A DNA stretch of 63,408 nucleotides, the filler included, from Octopus bimaculoides (Eukaryota): assembly GCF_001194135.2 (NCBI RefSeq). It is 6 parts of 5 records of this genome, joined end to end, with 100 filler letters (N's around TTAATTAATTAA, not from the genome) between each part and the next. Parts side by side here need not be neighbours in the genome. Positions count along the whole stretch, not along the records: positions 60,349 to 62,140 come from NC_068983.1; positions 62,241 to 63,408 come from NC_068983.1; 4 more parts are not named here. One strand, 5' to 3'. Below are positions 61,548-63,408 of this stretch, piece after piece; position 1 is the first letter of the stretch, and the number at the start of each line of letters is the position of its first letter. The notes beneath the pieces are model-generated. The model made no database searches and had not been told where the DNA came from. It was given only the letters and a program-made list of their open reading frames with translations. Made by a program: the position numbers and the translations under genes.

Positions 61548-61939
61548 AGTGGAGGCGCAATGGCCCAGTGGTTAGGGCAGCGGACTTGCGGTCATAGGAT
61601 CGCGGTTTCGATTCCCAGACCGGGTGTTGTGAGTGTTTATTGATCGAAAACACCTAAAGATCCATGAGGCTCCGGCAGGGGATGGTGGCGAACCCTGCTG
61701 TACTCTTTCACCACAACTTTCTCTCACTCTTACTTCCTGTTTCTGTTTCTGTAATTCAAAGGGTCAGCCTTGTCACACTGTGTTATGCTGAATATCCCCC
61801 GAGAACTATGTTAAGGGTACACATGTTTGTGGAGTGCTCAGCCACTTGCACATTAATTTCACAAGCAGGCTGTTCCGTTGATCAGATCAACTGAAACCCT
61901 TGACGTCGTAAGTGACGGAGTGCCAACACACACAGACAC
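61548..61939 (+). mobile_element. SINE family C, intact, inserted in the A-box region of a family B SINE, 11-bp TSD
   Basis: A box TGGCCCAGTGG, B box GGTTTCGATTCCC, (CA)n tail; AGTGTGACTGT at 61537-61547 and 61940-61950. Confidence 0.92.
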
Positions 61940-62140
61940 AGTGTGACTGTGTGGTAAGAAGCTTGCTTCCCAACACCATGGTTCCAGATTCAGTCCCCCT
62001 GCATGGCACTAAGTGTCTTCTTCTATAGCCTTGAGCCAACCAAAGCCATGAGAGTAAATCTGGTAGACAGAAACTGAAAGAAGCCTGTTGTGTGTGTGTG
62101 TCCTACCACTGCTTGCCAAATGGTGCTGGTGTATTTACAT
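61940..62140 (+). mobile_element. SINE family B 5' half, resuming after the family C insertion
   Basis: GTGTGACTGTGTGGTAAGAAGCTTGCTTCCCAAC...TTCAGTCCC... Confidence 0.85.
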
Positions 62141-62274
62141 NNNNNNNNNNNNNNNNNNNNNNNNNNNNNNNNNNNNNNNNNNNNTTAATTAATTAANNNN
62201 NNNNNNNNNNNNNNNNNNNNNNNNNNNNNNNNNNNNNNNNTATATATATATATATATATATCATCTATGTATGT

Positions 62275-62700
62275 ATCATCATCATCTTCGTTTAATATCC
62301 ACCTTCCATGCTAGCATGGGTTGGACAATTTGACTGCGGACTAGCAAGCCAGAAGGCTGCACCAGGCTCCAATCTGATCTGGCAGAGTTTCTACAGCTGG
62401 ATGCCCTTCCTAACACCAACCACTCCGAGAGTGTAGTGGGTACTTTTATGTGCCACCAGCACGAGGACCAGTCACACTGTACAGGCAACGGCCATGCTCA
62501 AGAGGTGTTTTTTACATGCCACCTGCATGGGAGCCAGTCCAGTGGCACTGGCAATGACCTCGTTCGAATGATTTTCTAATGAGCCACCAGCTAGAAGGCA
62601 ACGCTGGTAATGATTACACTCAAATGGTGCTATTTACGGGCTACTAGCACGGAAGCCAGACAGGTGCTCTGGCAATGAACATGCTCGACAATGTTGTTAG
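62275..62700 (-). mobile_element. SINE-like family E 3' region with (TGA)n tail
   Basis: Reverse complement ...GGAGTGGTTGGTGTTAGGAAGGGCATCCAGCTGTAGAAAC...CCAACCCATGCTAGCATGGAAG...GATGATGATGA. Confidence 0.75.
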
Positions 62701-62874
62701 TGTCCAATGAAGAAGAGGTTGGCATCGGTGCCAGTCGTCGGATTCGGTTCGATTTCGATTTCAGATTTCAAATTTCAAATTCCAAAACTCCAAATTCACT
62801 TGCTTCAACAGGTCTTTTCAAGCAGGATTTTTAGTGTCCAATGAAGTAAAGATACGAGTTAGTGAGCTGGCTAC

Positions 62875-63385
62875 ACTTCTGGTAGAGGACACAGAGGGCA
62901 TTCACTAAACGAATTAAGGCCAAGACTTATCTCAATTATTGGGACCGCCTTAAAGCCTAGAAACTCTACTCTTTCCAGCGCTGCCAAAAGCAGTACATCA
63001 TTTGCACAATGTGGAGAATATACCACCACCATTGCCCAAACGATCTGAACATTAGCTTCAAGGTTCATCCAAGGCTGGGCCCATGGGACATACATTCTCT
63101 GCTCAATTCCAGATCACAACATATAGGTACACTGCGACACAATTTCTTTTCCTCAACAGGCCCCAACCTGTTTAACATTGTTCCACAACTGATCAAAGAG
63201 GAAAAGGATCCCATCACCTTTAAGTGGAGTCTGGACAAATTTCGTCAAGGCCATCTATATCTGGATACAACTCACTCAACAAGAACTCACTACTTGAATG
63301 GACCATACCACAAAACTTGACTTAAAAAGGATTTTAATAATCCTATCAGGTGGTGCTATTAAGTTAGACATGGCCTGGACTAGTC
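62875..63385 (+). mobile_element. CR1-clade LINE 3' fragment
   Basis: TQRAFTKRI..LNYWDRLKA*KLYSFQR...PNDLNISFKVHPRLGP...TLRHNFFSSTGPNLFNIVP..IKEEKDPITFKWSLDKF...NSLLEW. Confidence 0.85.
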
Positions 63386-63408
63386 TAAGTTTATATATAT
63401 ATATATAT

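Noticed and set aside
61551-61625. tRNA gene at the head of family C (and heads of A and B)
   Set aside because: Has A and B boxes but continues into a SINE body with tail and TSD; no complete cloverleaf evident.

Overview
Eukaryotic, AT-rich, microsatellite-saturated draft-scaffold window with about 7.5 kb (~12%) of N gaps. The SINE families and simple-repeat load suggest an octopod cephalopod, probably Octopus; this is inference, not verified. I recognise no intact host gene and no intact autonomous element. Nearly all ORFs in the track are microsatellite or N read-through, or antisense frames of dead retroelements. The window is a layered transposon graveyard: (i) at least five SINE-like families (provisional labels A-E plus a V-SINE-like copy), three copies with clean 11-14 bp target-site duplications; (ii) six fragments of R4/Dong-clade restriction-endonuclease LINEs, three of them abutting (ATT)n arrays; (iii) L1/Tx1, RTE and CR1 fragments; (iv) a fold-back mariner, a Tc1 fragment and Helentron/DINE-like elements; (v) Penelope-like remnants with decayed minimal-hammerhead motifs. 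Best leads: a possible microsatellite-targeting guild (SINE (ATT)n tails acting as landing pads for R4/Dong LINEs and for a ~530-bp non-coding element with a covarying terminal hairpin), a 17-bp minisatellite born inside a reverse-transcriptase coding sequence, a ~330-bp palindrome, and two frame-preserving micro-exon candidates. None of these is shown to be a new biological system; all need database or expression checks.
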